From Vulcanimicrobiota bacterium (lineage in GTDB: Bacteria; Vulcanimicrobiota; Vulcanimicrobiia; Vulcanimicrobiales; Vulcanimicrobiaceae), in NCBI GenBank assembly GCA_963812155.1, contig CAWETW010000003.1:288001-352000 (forward strand): a DNA stretch of 64,000 nt, written 5' to 3'. The notes under the pieces were generated by a model, which was given only the letters and a program-made list of their open reading frames with translations, searched no databases and was not told the origin of the DNA. Positions 30,139-40,100 of this stretch are shown one piece after another. The position numbers were made by a program, and so were the translations under genes. Position 1 is the stretch's first letter, and every line of letters begins with the position of its first letter.

Positions 30139-31658
30139 CGGCGCGCCGGCTCGCCGCCCTTCATGTCGGAAACTCCGGCGAGGGCGATCGCCGCGGTGAG
30201 CGCCGAAGCGGCGGCCAACAGCGCGCACGCGAACGCGGCGACGCGGAATCCATCGACGTACGCGGCGTGCACGACGATGGTCTCCCGGTTATCCTGGAAT
30301 CGAGCGGCCGCCATTGCGCTGCGTTGCGCGCCCACGTCGGAGCGTTGAGCTACTGAGAAATTTGCCGCGTGCATGCGTGCGTCGAGACGCGCGTCGAACG
30401 CGGCCGCTAGAACGGCTCCCAACACCGCAATTGCCAACAATCCGGCGATGCGGGAGATGGCGTTGTTGATTCCCGACGCGAGCCCGACGTTATGCTCGGG
30501 CACCGAGTCGATGAGCGTCGCGACGAGGGGGGCGACGGTCAAGCCCATGCCGCAGCCGATCAGCAAGACGGCGGGCAGCACGCCGCGCCAGTAGTGTAAG
30601 TCGGGAAGGAATGCAAACGCCGCAAATCCCAGCGCGGCAAGTGACGGCCCGGTGACGAGCAGGTCGCGGCGCCCGACACGATAGACGAGCGCGCCCGAGA
30701 AACGCGAGAGCACGACGATCAACGCCAGGAACGGCAGCATCGCGAGTCCGGTGAACGTCGCACTGTAGCCGTTGACTTGGATCATCAAGAACGGCAAGAA
30801 GTAGAAGAGTCCGCCTAACGCACCGTAGAGCAGAAACGTCATCACGTTGATTCCGGTGAACGCTCGATCGGCGAAGAGATGGAAGGGAAGGACCGGATTG
30901 GCGATGCGCCGTTCGACGTAGACGAACGCCGCGAGCAGGACGACGCCGCCGCCGAGCGCGCCGCCGGTGCTCGCGTTCCAACCTTCGAGTCCGCTGGCGA
31001 CGAACGCGTACACGATTGCGCCGAGCGCGGCCGTGACGAGCAGCGATCCGGCGAGGTCGAGCGTTCCGCTCGCGGATTCGTCGCGGCTTTCCCGCAGATG
31101 GCGCAACGAGATCGCCACGATCGCAATCGCAATCGGCACGTTGACGTAGAAGACCCAGCGCCAGCCGAAATGGTCGACGATCGTTCCGCCGGCAACGGGA
31201 CCAATCGCTCCGGCCACGGCCGTTAATCCCGACCACATGCCGATCGCCCGCCCGCGCGCCGCGCCTTCGAACGACGCGCCGATGAGCGCGAGGCTTGCCG
31301 GAGCCAGCATCGTGCCGCCCGCACCTTGCAGCACGCGCGCCGCGATGAGCGCCGGCATCGAAGGCGCCAACCCGCAGACCACCGATCCGATCGCAAAAAC
31401 GACGACGCCCCAAATAAACAGCCGTTTGCGGCCGTAGCGATCGCCGAGTGCGCCGGAAAGAAGCATCAGCGCCCCGAGCACGAGCGTGTAGCCTTCGACC
31501 ACCCATTGCGCCGCAAATGCGCTCGCGCGAAAATTCGTTTGAATCACCGGAAGCGCGACGGCGACGATCGTCGAGTCGATGAAGACCAGGCTCGAGCCGA
31601 GCACGGTCGCGGCGACGATCCATTTTCCCGACGCCGTTCCGGCCGTCTGCGGCTGCAT
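30135..31658 (-). CDS. MFS transporter, DHA2 (14-TM) family
   Basis: LGSSLVFIDSTIV.VALP, GALGDRYGRKR and WRWVFYVNVP; ATG 31658. Confidence 0.93.
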   Translation of the reverse strand: MQPQTAGTASGKWIVAATVLGSSLVFIDSTIVAVALPVIQTNFRASAFAAQWVVEGYTLVLGALMLLSGALGDRYGRKRLFIWGVVVFAIGSVVCGLAPSMPALIAARVLQGAGGTMLAPASLALIGASFEGAARGRAIGMWSGLTAVAGAIGPVAGGTIVDHFGWRWVFYVNVPIAIAIVAISLRHLRESRDESASGTLDLAGSLLVTAALGAIVYAFVASGLEGWNASTGGALGGGVVLLAAFVYVERRIANPVLPFHLFADRAFTGINVMTFLLYGALGGLFYFLPFLMIQVNGYSATFTGLAMLPFLALIVVLSRFSGALVYRVGRRDLLVTGPSLAALGFAAFAFLPDLHYWRGVLPAVLLIGCGMGLTVAPLVATLIDSVPEHNVGLASGINNAISRIAGLLAIAVLGAVLAAAFDARLDARMHAANFSVAQRSDVGAQRSAMAAARFQDNRETIVVHAAYVDGFRVAAFACALLAAASALTAAIALAGVSDMKGGEPARR

Positions 31659-31691
31659 AGGCGTGGCTTTTTGCACGACGAACGCCGCTTC

Positions 31692-32222
31692 ATGCCGCCG
31701 CTGACGCGCCGCGAGCTCATTCGAACCGGTATCGCGGGCGGCGCCCTGCTCGCGCTGGCCGCCTGCACTCGTTCGAACGCACCGGGCGCGTTCGTCGACG
31801 ATGCCTACCGCTACCGCGCGCTCTCGCCGGCCGATCGCGAGCTGATCGCGGCCGTAGGGGCCGTGATGCTCGCAGGCGCGTTGCCGCGCGGCGCGGCGAA
31901 CGGCGAGGCGCTCGTGCAGGTGGTGCGCGGCGTCGACGTGGCGGTTTCCGCGCTCACGCCGCGCATCGTGGCCGAAGTGCACCAACTCTTCGGATTGCTG
32001 GAGTTTGCTCCGACCCGTTCGATCGCCGCGGGCATATGGACCTCGTGGCCGGCGGCAAGTTCGCGCGACGTCGCGCGATTTCTCGCGCGCTGGCGTTTCA
32101 GCGGCGTCGCCCTGTATCGCAACGGTTACCAGGCGCTTCATCAACTCGTGATGGCGGGGTGGTACGGCAATGCGGCGTCGTGGAACGCCATCGGGTATCC
32201 GGGGCCGCCGTCGCTTTCATGA
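31692..32222 (+). CDS. Tat-signal partner subunit of the GMC oxidoreductase
   Basis: LTRRELIR twin-arginine motif and C-terminal WNAIGYPGPP; ATGA overlap with the GMC gene. Confidence 0.8.
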   Translation: MPPLTRRELIRTGIAGGALLALAACTRSNAPGAFVDDAYRYRALSPADRELIAAVGAVMLAGALPRGAANGEALVQVVRGVDVAVSALTPRIVAEVHQLFGLLEFAPTRSIAAGIWTSWPAASSRDVARFLARWRFSGVALYRNGYQALHQLVMAGWYGNAASWNAIGYPGPPSLS

Positions 32223-33817
32223 TCGCCGATCCGATTGCGCTCGGCCTTCACCGCGGCTGGAACGTTCACGATGCGTCCGCGCTCGGCGGGGATCTGCAGC
32301 TCGAAGCCGACGCGGTCGTCGTCGGAACCGGTGCGGGCGGTGCGACGGCAGCCGAAACGCTGACGCGCGCCGGCGTGCGCGTCGTGATGATCGAAGAAGG
32401 GCCGCTGCAGAGTTCGCGCGATTTTCACATGCTCGAGCGCGAGGCCTATCCGTCGCTCTATCAAGAATCCGCCGCGCGCAAGACCAAAGACGGCGCGATT
32501 ACGATACTGCAAGGCCGCGCGGTGGGCGGATCGACGGTCGTGAATTGGACGAGCTGCTTTCGTGCGCCGGCGCGAACGCTGGCCTACTGGCGCGAGCGCT
32601 ACGGCTTAGCCGGCTATACGCCCGAACGGCTGGCGCCGTGGTTCGAGCGCGCCGAAGGCCGCCTCTCGATCGCACCGTGGCACATGGCGCCAAACGCGAA
32701 CAATGCGGCGCTGCAGCGCGGCGCGGCGGCGCTCCACATCGCCAGCGGCACCATGTCGCGCAACGTAAAGGGTTGCGCAAATCTCGGCTACTGCGGCTTG
32801 GGTTGTCCGACCAACGCCAAACAATCGATGCTCGTCACGGCGATCCCTGCGGCACTCGACCGGGGCGCAGTGCTCGTGCATCGCGCTCGCGCAGAGCGGT
32901 TCACGATGGAGAACGGCCGCATCGCACGCTTGGAGTGCGCGGCGCTCGATGCCGGCGGAACGAGATTGCCGCATCGCGCCATCGTGCGCGCGAAGGTCTA
33001 CGTCGCCGCCGGCGGTGGAATCGGAACGCCGGCGCTGTTGCTGCGCAGCGCGCTTCCCGATCCGTACGGAGTTCTCGGCAAGCGAACGTTTTTGCATCCG
33101 GTCGTTCTTTCGGCCGCGCTCATGCCGGAAGTTGTTGCCGCTTACGCGGGAACCCCGCAGTCGGTCTATTCCGATCGCTTTCTCGACGAATATCCGTTCG
33201 AAGGACCGGTGGGCTTCAAACTCGAGGTTCCTCCGGTGCAGCCGCTGCTGGCTGCGGTCACGATGCCGGGCTTGGGGGCGCCGGGCGCGCATTTGATGGC
33301 GGAATTCCCGCACCTCCAGGTGACCCTGGCGCTGTTGCGCGACGGGTTCCACGAGCAAAGCCAGGGCGGGAACGTGGAACTCGCGGGCGACGGATCGCCG
33401 GTGCTCGACTATCCGATTTCCACCTACCTCTGGGATGGCATGCGGCGCGCCTTGTTGGCCATGGCGGAGATTCAGTTCGCGGCCGGCGCGAAGCGCGTGC
33501 TTCCGGTGCACGAGTCGGCGCGGCCATATGCGTCGTGGAGCGAGGCGAGGATGCAAATCTTGACGTTACCGATGGAGACGCTGCTGACGAGAGTCGTCAG
33601 CGCGCACGTCATGGGAGGCTGCGCGATGAGTGCCGGCGCGGACACCGGAGTCGTCGACGGTGACGGCCGGCATCATCAGATTGAAAATCTCTACGTCTTC
33701 GATGGCTCGGTCTTCCCGACGGGCCTCGGAACGAATCCGCAGTTGACGATTTACGCCCTCGCGGAGCGCATGGCGAGCCGGTTGGCGCGCTCGCTCGGCG
33801 GTACGTCAGAAGAGTAA
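32219..33817 (+). CDS. GMC-family oxidoreductase (long-chain alcohol oxidase-like)
   Basis: VVGTGAGG, GRAVGGSTVVN, CANLGYCGLGCP, SAHVMGGC and DGSVFPTGLGTNPQ. Confidence 0.93.
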   Translation: MIADPIALGLHRGWNVHDASALGGDLQLEADAVVVGTGAGGATAAETLTRAGVRVVMIEEGPLQSSRDFHMLEREAYPSLYQESAARKTKDGAITILQGRAVGGSTVVNWTSCFRAPARTLAYWRERYGLAGYTPERLAPWFERAEGRLSIAPWHMAPNANNAALQRGAAALHIASGTMSRNVKGCANLGYCGLGCPTNAKQSMLVTAIPAALDRGAVLVHRARAERFTMENGRIARLECAALDAGGTRLPHRAIVRAKVYVAAGGGIGTPALLLRSALPDPYGVLGKRTFLHPVVLSAALMPEVVAAYAGTPQSVYSDRFLDEYPFEGPVGFKLEVPPVQPLLAAVTMPGLGAPGAHLMAEFPHLQVTLALLRDGFHEQSQGGNVELAGDGSPVLDYPISTYLWDGMRRALLAMAEIQFAAGAKRVLPVHESARPYASWSEARMQILTLPMETLLTRVVSAHVMGGCAMSAGADTGVVDGDGRHHQIENLYVFDGSVFPTGLGTNPQLTIYALAERMASRLARSLGGTSEE

Positions 33818-34619
33818 GGTTTGAAAGTCCGCGACGTGCTCGAATCCGACGCGGCGGTAGAGTGCGATCGCCGGAGCGTTGAAGTCGTTAACGTAGAGCG
33901 ACAGCGTCGGCACGTCTTCGAGCAGGCGCGCGCAGATCGCCGAGAGTGACGCCGTAGCGTAGCCGCGTCCGCGCAGTTCCGGCGGCACCCAGATTCCCTG
34001 AAGCTGCGCCGTCGCGTCTGACTGCGGGCCGACGCTGCAAAAGAAACATAGACGCTCGCCGCTTTGCGCGACCCACCATCGCTCGCGTTCGACCATCGCG
34101 CGCACGCCGGCCGCAAATTCCGGCGACGTGCGCCGCGGATCGTATTCCAGCTCGTGCTGGATCATCTGTGCGGATGCGTTCACGGTTTCCGCAACGTCGC
34201 GCGCTTCGGCGATTCGGACGCGCGCGGCGCCGTCGGGGCGGCGCAGCCGCTCGGCGTCGACGGCCATGACCAACTGACGCTCGCGCACTAGGCGTGGCGC
34301 GGGGCGTCCGTCGCGTACGAGATTCCAAAAAGCGGCGACGACGCGACGCGGGCCGACGATCATGCGCTCGCCGCGGCGCCGGCGCGCCAGCTCGGCGAAG
34401 GCGCTCAGCGCCTGCGGCTCTGCCGCGAGCACGAGTTGCCGTCCAAACGATGCGACGCCCGTCATGCGATCGCCGTCGATCGCGGTGAAAAGCCCGTTGC
34501 GCGTCGAGGGCGAGCGATCGTGCGCAATGAGATCGGAAAGGTGAACGTTCTCGTAAGGAGCCCGTGCGAGATAGGCGAGCACCGCGCTTTCGTTCGCGGA
34601 CGTGACGCGCTCGAGGCAT
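33806..34619 (-). CDS. GNAT acetyltransferase (DUF4081/FR47-like); start probably shifted by a 1-nt indel
   Basis: QLQGIWVPPELRGRGYA and LYVNDFNAPAIALYRRVGF. ATG 34619 is out of frame with LERVT. Confidence 0.85.
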
Positions 34620-34644
34620 ACGCCGGGATCGGGAATAATCGCGC

Positions 34645-35433
34645 CTACGTGAGCGTGACCAGCAGAACCGGTTTCGACGTCGGCTGCTTGCTGCCGCCGT
34701 CCGGCTCGACGCTGACGGCGACCGCCGATATCGCCTTCGCGTCGGACGGCAGGGTCACGATCGCGACGCCGTGCGCGTCGGGTACGAACGTCGACGACGG
34801 CACCATCTTCGTCGCGCCTTTGGGCAGCATCCACGCCTGGTAGACTTTGCCGCGCGGAGGTTGCGGTAAATCGTGCATCGCGATGTAGGCGCGATTGCCG
34901 CGCATGACGACTTCACCGCCGTTGGCAGTGTAGCGCTTTGCGTCCGATCCCATGAGATCCGAGATGGTCGTCCGCTGCTCTTCGAGCGCGCGCGCGAGCG
35001 TGTCCGAGCGTTGCGAAGTGCGCGATAGCTCCTGTTGCGCTTGCCGCAGTTGGCTGACGAGCGCGACGTTCCACATCGAGGAAGCGATCGCGATGACCAC
35101 GCACGCCGCGGCCACCAGGTATGCCGGCCACGCCGGCATCCGGGACGCAGGCGCCGGCAGCGTTACTGAAGGCGCGGTCTTCGACGCGCGTACCCTCGCC
35201 ATGATCCGCGGTTTGAGCAGCGTACTCGGACAGTTCTCCGCGTCGCCCGTCGTTTCGGCGGAGACACCGATCAGCGCGGCCGCGTTTTTGAGGCTCGCGT
35301 ATTCGCTCGCGCAACGGCGGCAACCGGCGATGTGGGCGCGCACCTTGGCCGCTTCGGCCGGCGGCAGCGCGCCGAGCGCATAGACGGCGACGTCGTCGAG
35401 CATGTCGTGCGGCGGTTCCCGGCGCTCGTTCAT
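34645..35433 (-). CDS. Anti-sigma factor, RskA family with zf-HC2
   Basis: VYALGAL...HIAGCRRC, one TM, YQAW and AVSVEPDGGSKQPT. Confidence 0.92.
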   Translation of the reverse strand: MNERREPPHDMLDDVAVYALGALPPAEAAKVRAHIAGCRRCASEYASLKNAAALIGVSAETTGDAENCPSTLLKPRIMARVRASKTAPSVTLPAPASRMPAWPAYLVAAACVVIAIASSMWNVALVSQLRQAQQELSRTSQRSDTLARALEEQRTTISDLMGSDAKRYTANGGEVVMRGNRAYIAMHDLPQPPRGKVYQAWMLPKGATKMVPSSTFVPDAHGVAIVTLPSDAKAISAVAVSVEPDGGSKQPTSKPVLLVTLT

Positions 35434-35966
35434 GCCGTCACCGCATCGTCGAGGACGGCGCGCAGCCGGCGCAGACCCGAACGGATTCGCGTCTTCACCG
35501 TGCCGAGCGGCGTTTGGAAGCGCCGCGCAATTTCTTGGTGGGTCACGCCGCCGAAAAATCCGAGTTCGATGGGCTCGCGCTGCTCGGGCGGCAGCGCGGC
35601 CAGCGCGCTGCGTACGCGCTCGGCGTCGATGCGCGCGAAGGCAGCGTCCTCCATCGATTCGCTTTCGGGAAAGGCTTCGGGAAGTTCGGCCTCGGCGCGC
35701 ACGTTACGTCCGCGCACGACGTCGAGCGCGCGATTGCGCGTGACGCGAGCGATCCAAGCGGCAAAATTCCCGCCGTGAAAGAGATTGGGAGCGTTCCACA
35801 ATTTGAGAAAGACCGTTTGCGTGACGTCTTCGGCGCCAGCGCGGTCGCCGAGCACCCGCAGCGCGATCCCGTAGACGATCCGATGGTACGTATCGTAGAG
35901 CGTTTCGAAGGCGTCGGCGTCTTGCCGTCGCACTCGCGCCATCAACGCGTCGGCGTCTTCGGTCAC
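35430..35966 (-). CDS. ECF sigma factor, SigK-like
   Basis: AFETLYD, AEDVTQ, RNRALD and THQEIA...PLGTVKTRIR; GTG 35966 with RBS AGGGAG. Confidence 0.93.
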   Translation of the reverse strand: MTEDADALMARVRRQDADAFETLYDTYHRIVYGIALRVLGDRAGAEDVTQTVFLKLWNAPNLFHGGNFAAWIARVTRNRALDVVRGRNVRAEAELPEAFPESESMEDAAFARIDAERVRSALAALPPEQREPIELGFFGGVTHQEIARRFQTPLGTVKTRIRSGLRRLRAVLDDAVTA

Positions 35967-36072
35967 CTCCCTACCCTTCGCTTCGCCCCGGCCCTGCCCT
36001 CGGGCGTTCTCTCCGCTAACGCTCGCCGCGGCCCAGCGGATTCGCGCGCTGCGTCTCGCGAAGTTGCGACCG

Positions 36073-36798
36073 ATGGAGGAACTCGTCGCCCGCCTGCGCG
36101 CCGCTGCCTCGATCTTCGTCCTCACCGGATCGGGCATTTCGGTCGAGAGCGGTCTTCCGACGTTTCGCGGAGCCGGCGGCCTGTGGCGGAACCGGCGCGT
36201 CGAAGAGCTTGCGTCGCCGCAAGGCTTCGAGCGCGATCCGGTGCTGGTGTGGACGTGGTACAACCAGCGGCTTGCGACCCATGCGAGCGCTCAGCCGAAC
36301 GCCGGGCACACAGCGCTGGCGCGGCTGGAGGATCTTTGCGGCGACTTCACGCTCGCGACCCAGAACGTGGATTCGCTGCATCTGCGTGCCGGCTCGCGCC
36401 GGGTTCTAGAACTCCACGGACATCTTCGTGAGGCGCGCTGCTCCGGTTGCGGAACGCGCCGGACGCTCGGCGCGGGCGGCTTGCCGCTCGACGAAATCGA
36501 TCACGCCTGCGGCGGCCGAATGCGCCCGTGCGTGGTCTGGTTCGGTGAGCCGCTGCCTGCGGACGTATGGTCGCACGCAGAACGAGCCGCGGCTCGCGCC
36601 GATGCGATCCTGGTCGTGGGTACGAGTGCGGTCGTGTATCCCGCCGCGGCGCTGGCGACGCGGTACGCCCGCGCCGCGTACGTCGTCGAAATCAATCCCG
36701 AGGCGACGCCGGTAAGCGAAGCCGTCGATCTCGCCCTGCGCGAGCCGGCAGCGAGCGCCTTGCCGCGCATCGCCGATGCCCTTTCGGCGTCACGCTGA
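36073..36798 (+). CDS. cobB: NAD-dependent protein deacylase (sirtuin, class III)
   Basis: TGSGISVESGLPTFRG, TQNVDSLH, ELHG, VVWFGE and GTSAVVYPAA. YNQR fits the YxxR motif of desuccinylases. Confidence 0.93.
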   Translation: MEELVARLRAAASIFVLTGSGISVESGLPTFRGAGGLWRNRRVEELASPQGFERDPVLVWTWYNQRLATHASAQPNAGHTALARLEDLCGDFTLATQNVDSLHLRAGSRRVLELHGHLREARCSGCGTRRTLGAGGLPLDEIDHACGGRMRPCVVWFGEPLPADVWSHAERAAARADAILVVGTSAVVYPAAALATRYARAAYVVEINPEATPVSEAVDLALREPAASALPRIADALSASR

Positions 36799-36843
36799 CG
36801 CAGCGGGCGAGGGACACGGTCGCGACGCGGCGTAGCGACCTGC

Positions 36844-37251
36844 ATGCTACTTCCGGATTTTCTGCAAAGCGCGATCGCCGGCTTTCCCGGCTACGGCGAC
36901 GACGTTGCGCGCCAACAGTCCGACGAGTTCGTGCGCTCGTACGCCGGCGAGCGTCTCGCCGATCTGCAGCAGCGTCTGCAGCCGCTCGACACGGCGCTCG
37001 GCGATCGCATCGAAGCGCTGCTGTTCCGCTGCGCATTCGTCAATCAAACGGCCTACAAACTCTACGAGGGGAATGACCGATCGACGATTGACGTCGACGC
37101 TGTCGTTGCGGCCGACGCTGCCGCCGTGGAGGTGGCCGATCGCGCGTCGTCGATCGACGCCGTGCAACTGGCGCAGTATCTCGACGACGTGACGCGCATG
37201 CTGGATGGCCGCGACGCCGCTATGAGCGGCGCCCGATCAACTGCAGGTTGA
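36844..37251 (+). CDS. Hypothetical helical protein
   Basis: Protein-like composition; co-oriented after cobB. Confidence 0.65.
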   Translation: MLLPDFLQSAIAGFPGYGDDVARQQSDEFVRSYAGERLADLQQRLQPLDTALGDRIEALLFRCAFVNQTAYKLYEGNDRSTIDVDAVVAADAAAVEVADRASSIDAVQLAQYLDDVTRMLDGRDAAMSGARSTAG

Positions 37252-38043
37252 GAGAGTGGGCGCCGGGCTCGGCGTCGCTTTCTTCTTGAAAAGACCGCTG
37301 ATGCCGTTGACCACCTCGCCGCCGTAACCGCCGGTCACGTTGTTGGCGGCACTCCCGGCGTAACCGACGACTTCGCCCTTAGCCGCATCCCAACTCGTCG
37401 GAACGCCGAAATCGCCGGCAAACTGTCCGATGAGTTGCTGCGTCAGCTGCTGGACCTCGGCTTGGACGATGCCGTTCACGATGTGCGCGAAGAGCGATTG
37501 CCCGGCGTTGACGCTAAAGACTTTGCCGCTCTTGGTCGTCACCTGAACCGGCATTTGCGGATCGCAAAGTTCGTAGACGTTGACGCGGATCGAGCCGTCG
37601 CCGGCGTATTCGATGTCGCCTTGCGTGCCGCGCACGCCGACGCTCGCGGTCGGCGTCGCAAATGTGTAGTTCGCTTTGGCGCCTTGCGGATGGCGCACGG
37701 CGAAGCGAACTTTTCCTTGGTAGACGACGAACTTCGCGGTCGCGATTTGTGCTTGGTTAAAAAACGCGAGCTGCACCTTCGTATCGGAGCCGACGAGTAC
37801 GCGAGAACTATCCGGCAACGATACCTGCGCGAGCGATCCGCCGCCGGTGATGGCGAAGTCGCGATCGGCGAGACCGATCGTGGCGTTGACGCCGAGCGTC
37901 ACCGGTTTGCCGTTAGGCACCTGATAGGAGACGTCGCCCTTTTGGCTTTGCAACTGCTTGTCGTCGCCGGCCACCGACGGCGCGCCCGACGCAACGACGA
38001 GCGCCGCAAGACCGGCAATCGCGAGGGCACGACGCAGATTCAT
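37237..38043 (-). CDS. FecR-domain secreted protein
   Basis: Signal peptide; TGGGSLAQVSLPDSSRVLVG and TPTASVGVRGT. Confidence 0.85.
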   Translation of the reverse strand: MNLRRALAIAGLAALVVASGAPSVAGDDKQLQSQKGDVSYQVPNGKPVTLGVNATIGLADRDFAITGGGSLAQVSLPDSSRVLVGSDTKVQLAFFNQAQIATAKFVVYQGKVRFAVRHPQGAKANYTFATPTASVGVRGTQGDIEYAGDGSIRVNVYELCDPQMPVQVTTKSGKVFSVNAGQSLFAHIVNGIVQAEVQQLTQQLIGQFAGDFGVPTSWDAAKGEVVGYAGSAANNVTGGYGGEVVNGISGLFKKKATPSPAPTLSTCS

Positions 38044-38096
38044 CGCACAACGATTAAGCGATCGGCCGCCGCAGCCCTGGCGGGAAGCCCATTCCG

Positions 38097-40100
38097 GTGC
38101 GACTAACGCGCACGACGGTGAAGCTTCTGAGCGGAGCGTGCATCGTCGCGGCGGCGCTGGCGCCGGCAGCGGCCGGGGCGCAGATGCTGCCCTTGCACCT
38201 GGTGCCTCGGCCCGCCGAAGTGACGCGTCTGGATTGCCGGGTGCCGGCGAACGCGCTGACCAGCGTCGCTTCGGGATTCGACCCGGCGGCGCGCCAGGAA
38301 ATCGACGAGCGCTGGAGAGCGCTGCGCATCGGCTCGCTCCGCACCGGCGCGCGGCCCGCGATCGCCGTGCGCCGCGATGCGTCGCTCGGCACGCAGGCCT
38401 ACCGGCTGACGGTCCGCGACGGCCGCGCGACGATCGAGGCCGGCGACGGCGACGGCGCCTTCTACGGCGCGATGACGCTCGCGCAACTGCCGGTGCGCTC
38501 GGGCGGCGCGTGGGCGGTGCCGTGCGTGGCGATCGCCGACCGCCCGGCGCTGCGCTGGCGAATCCTTTCCGACGACGTTTCGCGCGGGCCGCTGCCGACG
38601 ATGCGCTACTTCGAGGAACGCATCCGCACGATTGCCGCCTTCAAGATGAACGGCTACTCGCCGTACATGGAGCACGTTTTCGTCAGCCCGACCGATCCGT
38701 TGCCGGCGCCGCTCGACGGCATCACTCCGGCCCAACTCGCGGCATTGGCGGCGTATGCAGCGCGATTTCACGTGACGCTCGTTCCGCAACAGCAAACCTT
38801 CGCGCACATGCACGGCGTGCTGCGCGTGGAGACCTATGCGGACGCCGCGGCGCTGCCGCACGGATTTCTCCTCTCGCCCGATTCCGCAACCTCGTCGGAG
38901 TATCTCAGCCGAATTCTGACGCAGGAACTGCAAGCGGTTCCCCGGCCGCCGTTCTTTCACATCGGCTCCGACGAAACGGCGACGCTGGGACTCGGACGCT
39001 CGAGCGCCTACGTGAAGCAACGCGGTCTCTCGCAAGCATTTGCCGATCACGTCGCCGCGATGAACCGCGCGATCGCGCCGTCCGGCGCGCGCATCATGCT
39101 GTGGGACGACGCGGTCGAAAAGGACCCCGGCATCATGAAGCTGCTGCCTCCCGCAGCGGTGCTGGTGAACTACCACTACGAGCCGCAGGCGCCGTTTGCC
39201 GCCGATATCGCGCGCATCGCCGGCGGCGGCTTCGCACAGATGGTCGCTCCCGGCGCGAGCAACTGGGACGAAATCTTTCCGGCGATCGACGTGGCGATTG
39301 CCAACGAGCGCGGGTTTATCGCTGCCGGTAAAAACGCGCGCGTCCTCGGCAGTTTTCAAACCGTCTGGCACGACGACGGCGAAACGCTCTACGAGGCGAC
39401 GTGGTATCCCGTGCTGTTTGCGGCGGCGGCGTCGTGGCAGAGCGGCGACGCGCAGCCGGCGCAGTTTGCGGCCGATTTCCCGAGCGCGTTCTTCGGTGAC
39501 GACGACGCGCGCTACGCGCACGACGTCGCGACGCTCGGCGCGATTCTCCGCGCGCTCGAGGCAGCGCCGTACGATCGTACCGACGCGCTTTTTTGGACGG
39601 GACCGTTCGACGCCGCAGCCGGCGCGCGCATGGCGCGGATCGATCTGCGCGCCGTGCGGCTCGATGCCGAGGGAGTCGAGGGCGATTTGTATTTCGCGCG
39701 TCCCCCGCTGCATGCCGATGCCGCGCGCGTGATGTTTCTCGCCGCGCGGCGGTACGACGCGCTGGCACGCAAATTCCAAATCGGCGCCGAAGTGCGCGCG
39801 ATGTATGCCGACGCGCAGACGCATGCCGGCGACGCCTCCGGCGCGACCACGCTGCGCGATCTCTTTTGGTGCCGCTACTGGATGTGGGAATTGCGCGATG
39901 CCTATGAGGATCTGGCGCCGCTCTATGCGGCCGCATGGCGCTACGAGAGCCGTGAGGGACATTTGGCCTCCAACCTCGAGCGGTATCATCTCGCCGCGCA
40001 ACGCGCCATTACCGATGCCGACGCATTTTATCGCGCAACCTACGACGGATTCGTCCGCTCGAAAACGCTGCCGCCGTTCGACTCCGTGATCGCGCCGTGA
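38097..40100 (+). CDS. GH20 beta-N-acetylhexosaminidase, secreted
   Basis: IADRPALRWR, DVSRG, KMN and catalytic HIGSDE. Confidence 0.9.
   Translation: MRLTRTTVKLLSGACIVAAALAPAAAGAQMLPLHLVPRPAEVTRLDCRVPANALTSVASGFDPAARQEIDERWRALRIGSLRTGARPAIAVRRDASLGTQAYRLTVRDGRATIEAGDGDGAFYGAMTLAQLPVRSGGAWAVPCVAIADRPALRWRILSDDVSRGPLPTMRYFEERIRTIAAFKMNGYSPYMEHVFVSPTDPLPAPLDGITPAQLAALAAYAARFHVTLVPQQQTFAHMHGVLRVETYADAAALPHGFLLSPDSATSSEYLSRILTQELQAVPRPPFFHIGSDETATLGLGRSSAYVKQRGLSQAFADHVAAMNRAIAPSGARIMLWDDAVEKDPGIMKLLPPAAVLVNYHYEPQAPFAADIARIAGGGFAQMVAPGASNWDEIFPAIDVAIANERGFIAAGKNARVLGSFQTVWHDDGETLYEATWYPVLFAAAASWQSGDAQPAQFAADFPSAFFGDDDARYAHDVATLGAILRALEAAPYDRTDALFWTGPFDAAAGARMARIDLRAVRLDAEGVEGDLYFARPPLHADAARVMFLAARRYDALARKFQIGAEVRAMYADAQTHAGDASGATTLRDLFWCRYWMWELRDAYEDLAPLYAAAWRYESREGHLASNLERYHLAAQRAITDADAFYRATYDGFVRSKTLPPFDSVIAP

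Noticed and set aside
31659..32144. N-terminal extensions in the ORF track (MFS to 32144; likewise ctaB to 63118, ppa to 48325, sigma to 36263)
   Set aside because: They overlap well-supported neighbouring genes, and internal starts match where family similarity begins.
36073..36798. Sir2 as a Thoeris/DSR defence NADase
   Set aside because: It is a standard-length CobB with zinc subdomain and deacylase motifs.
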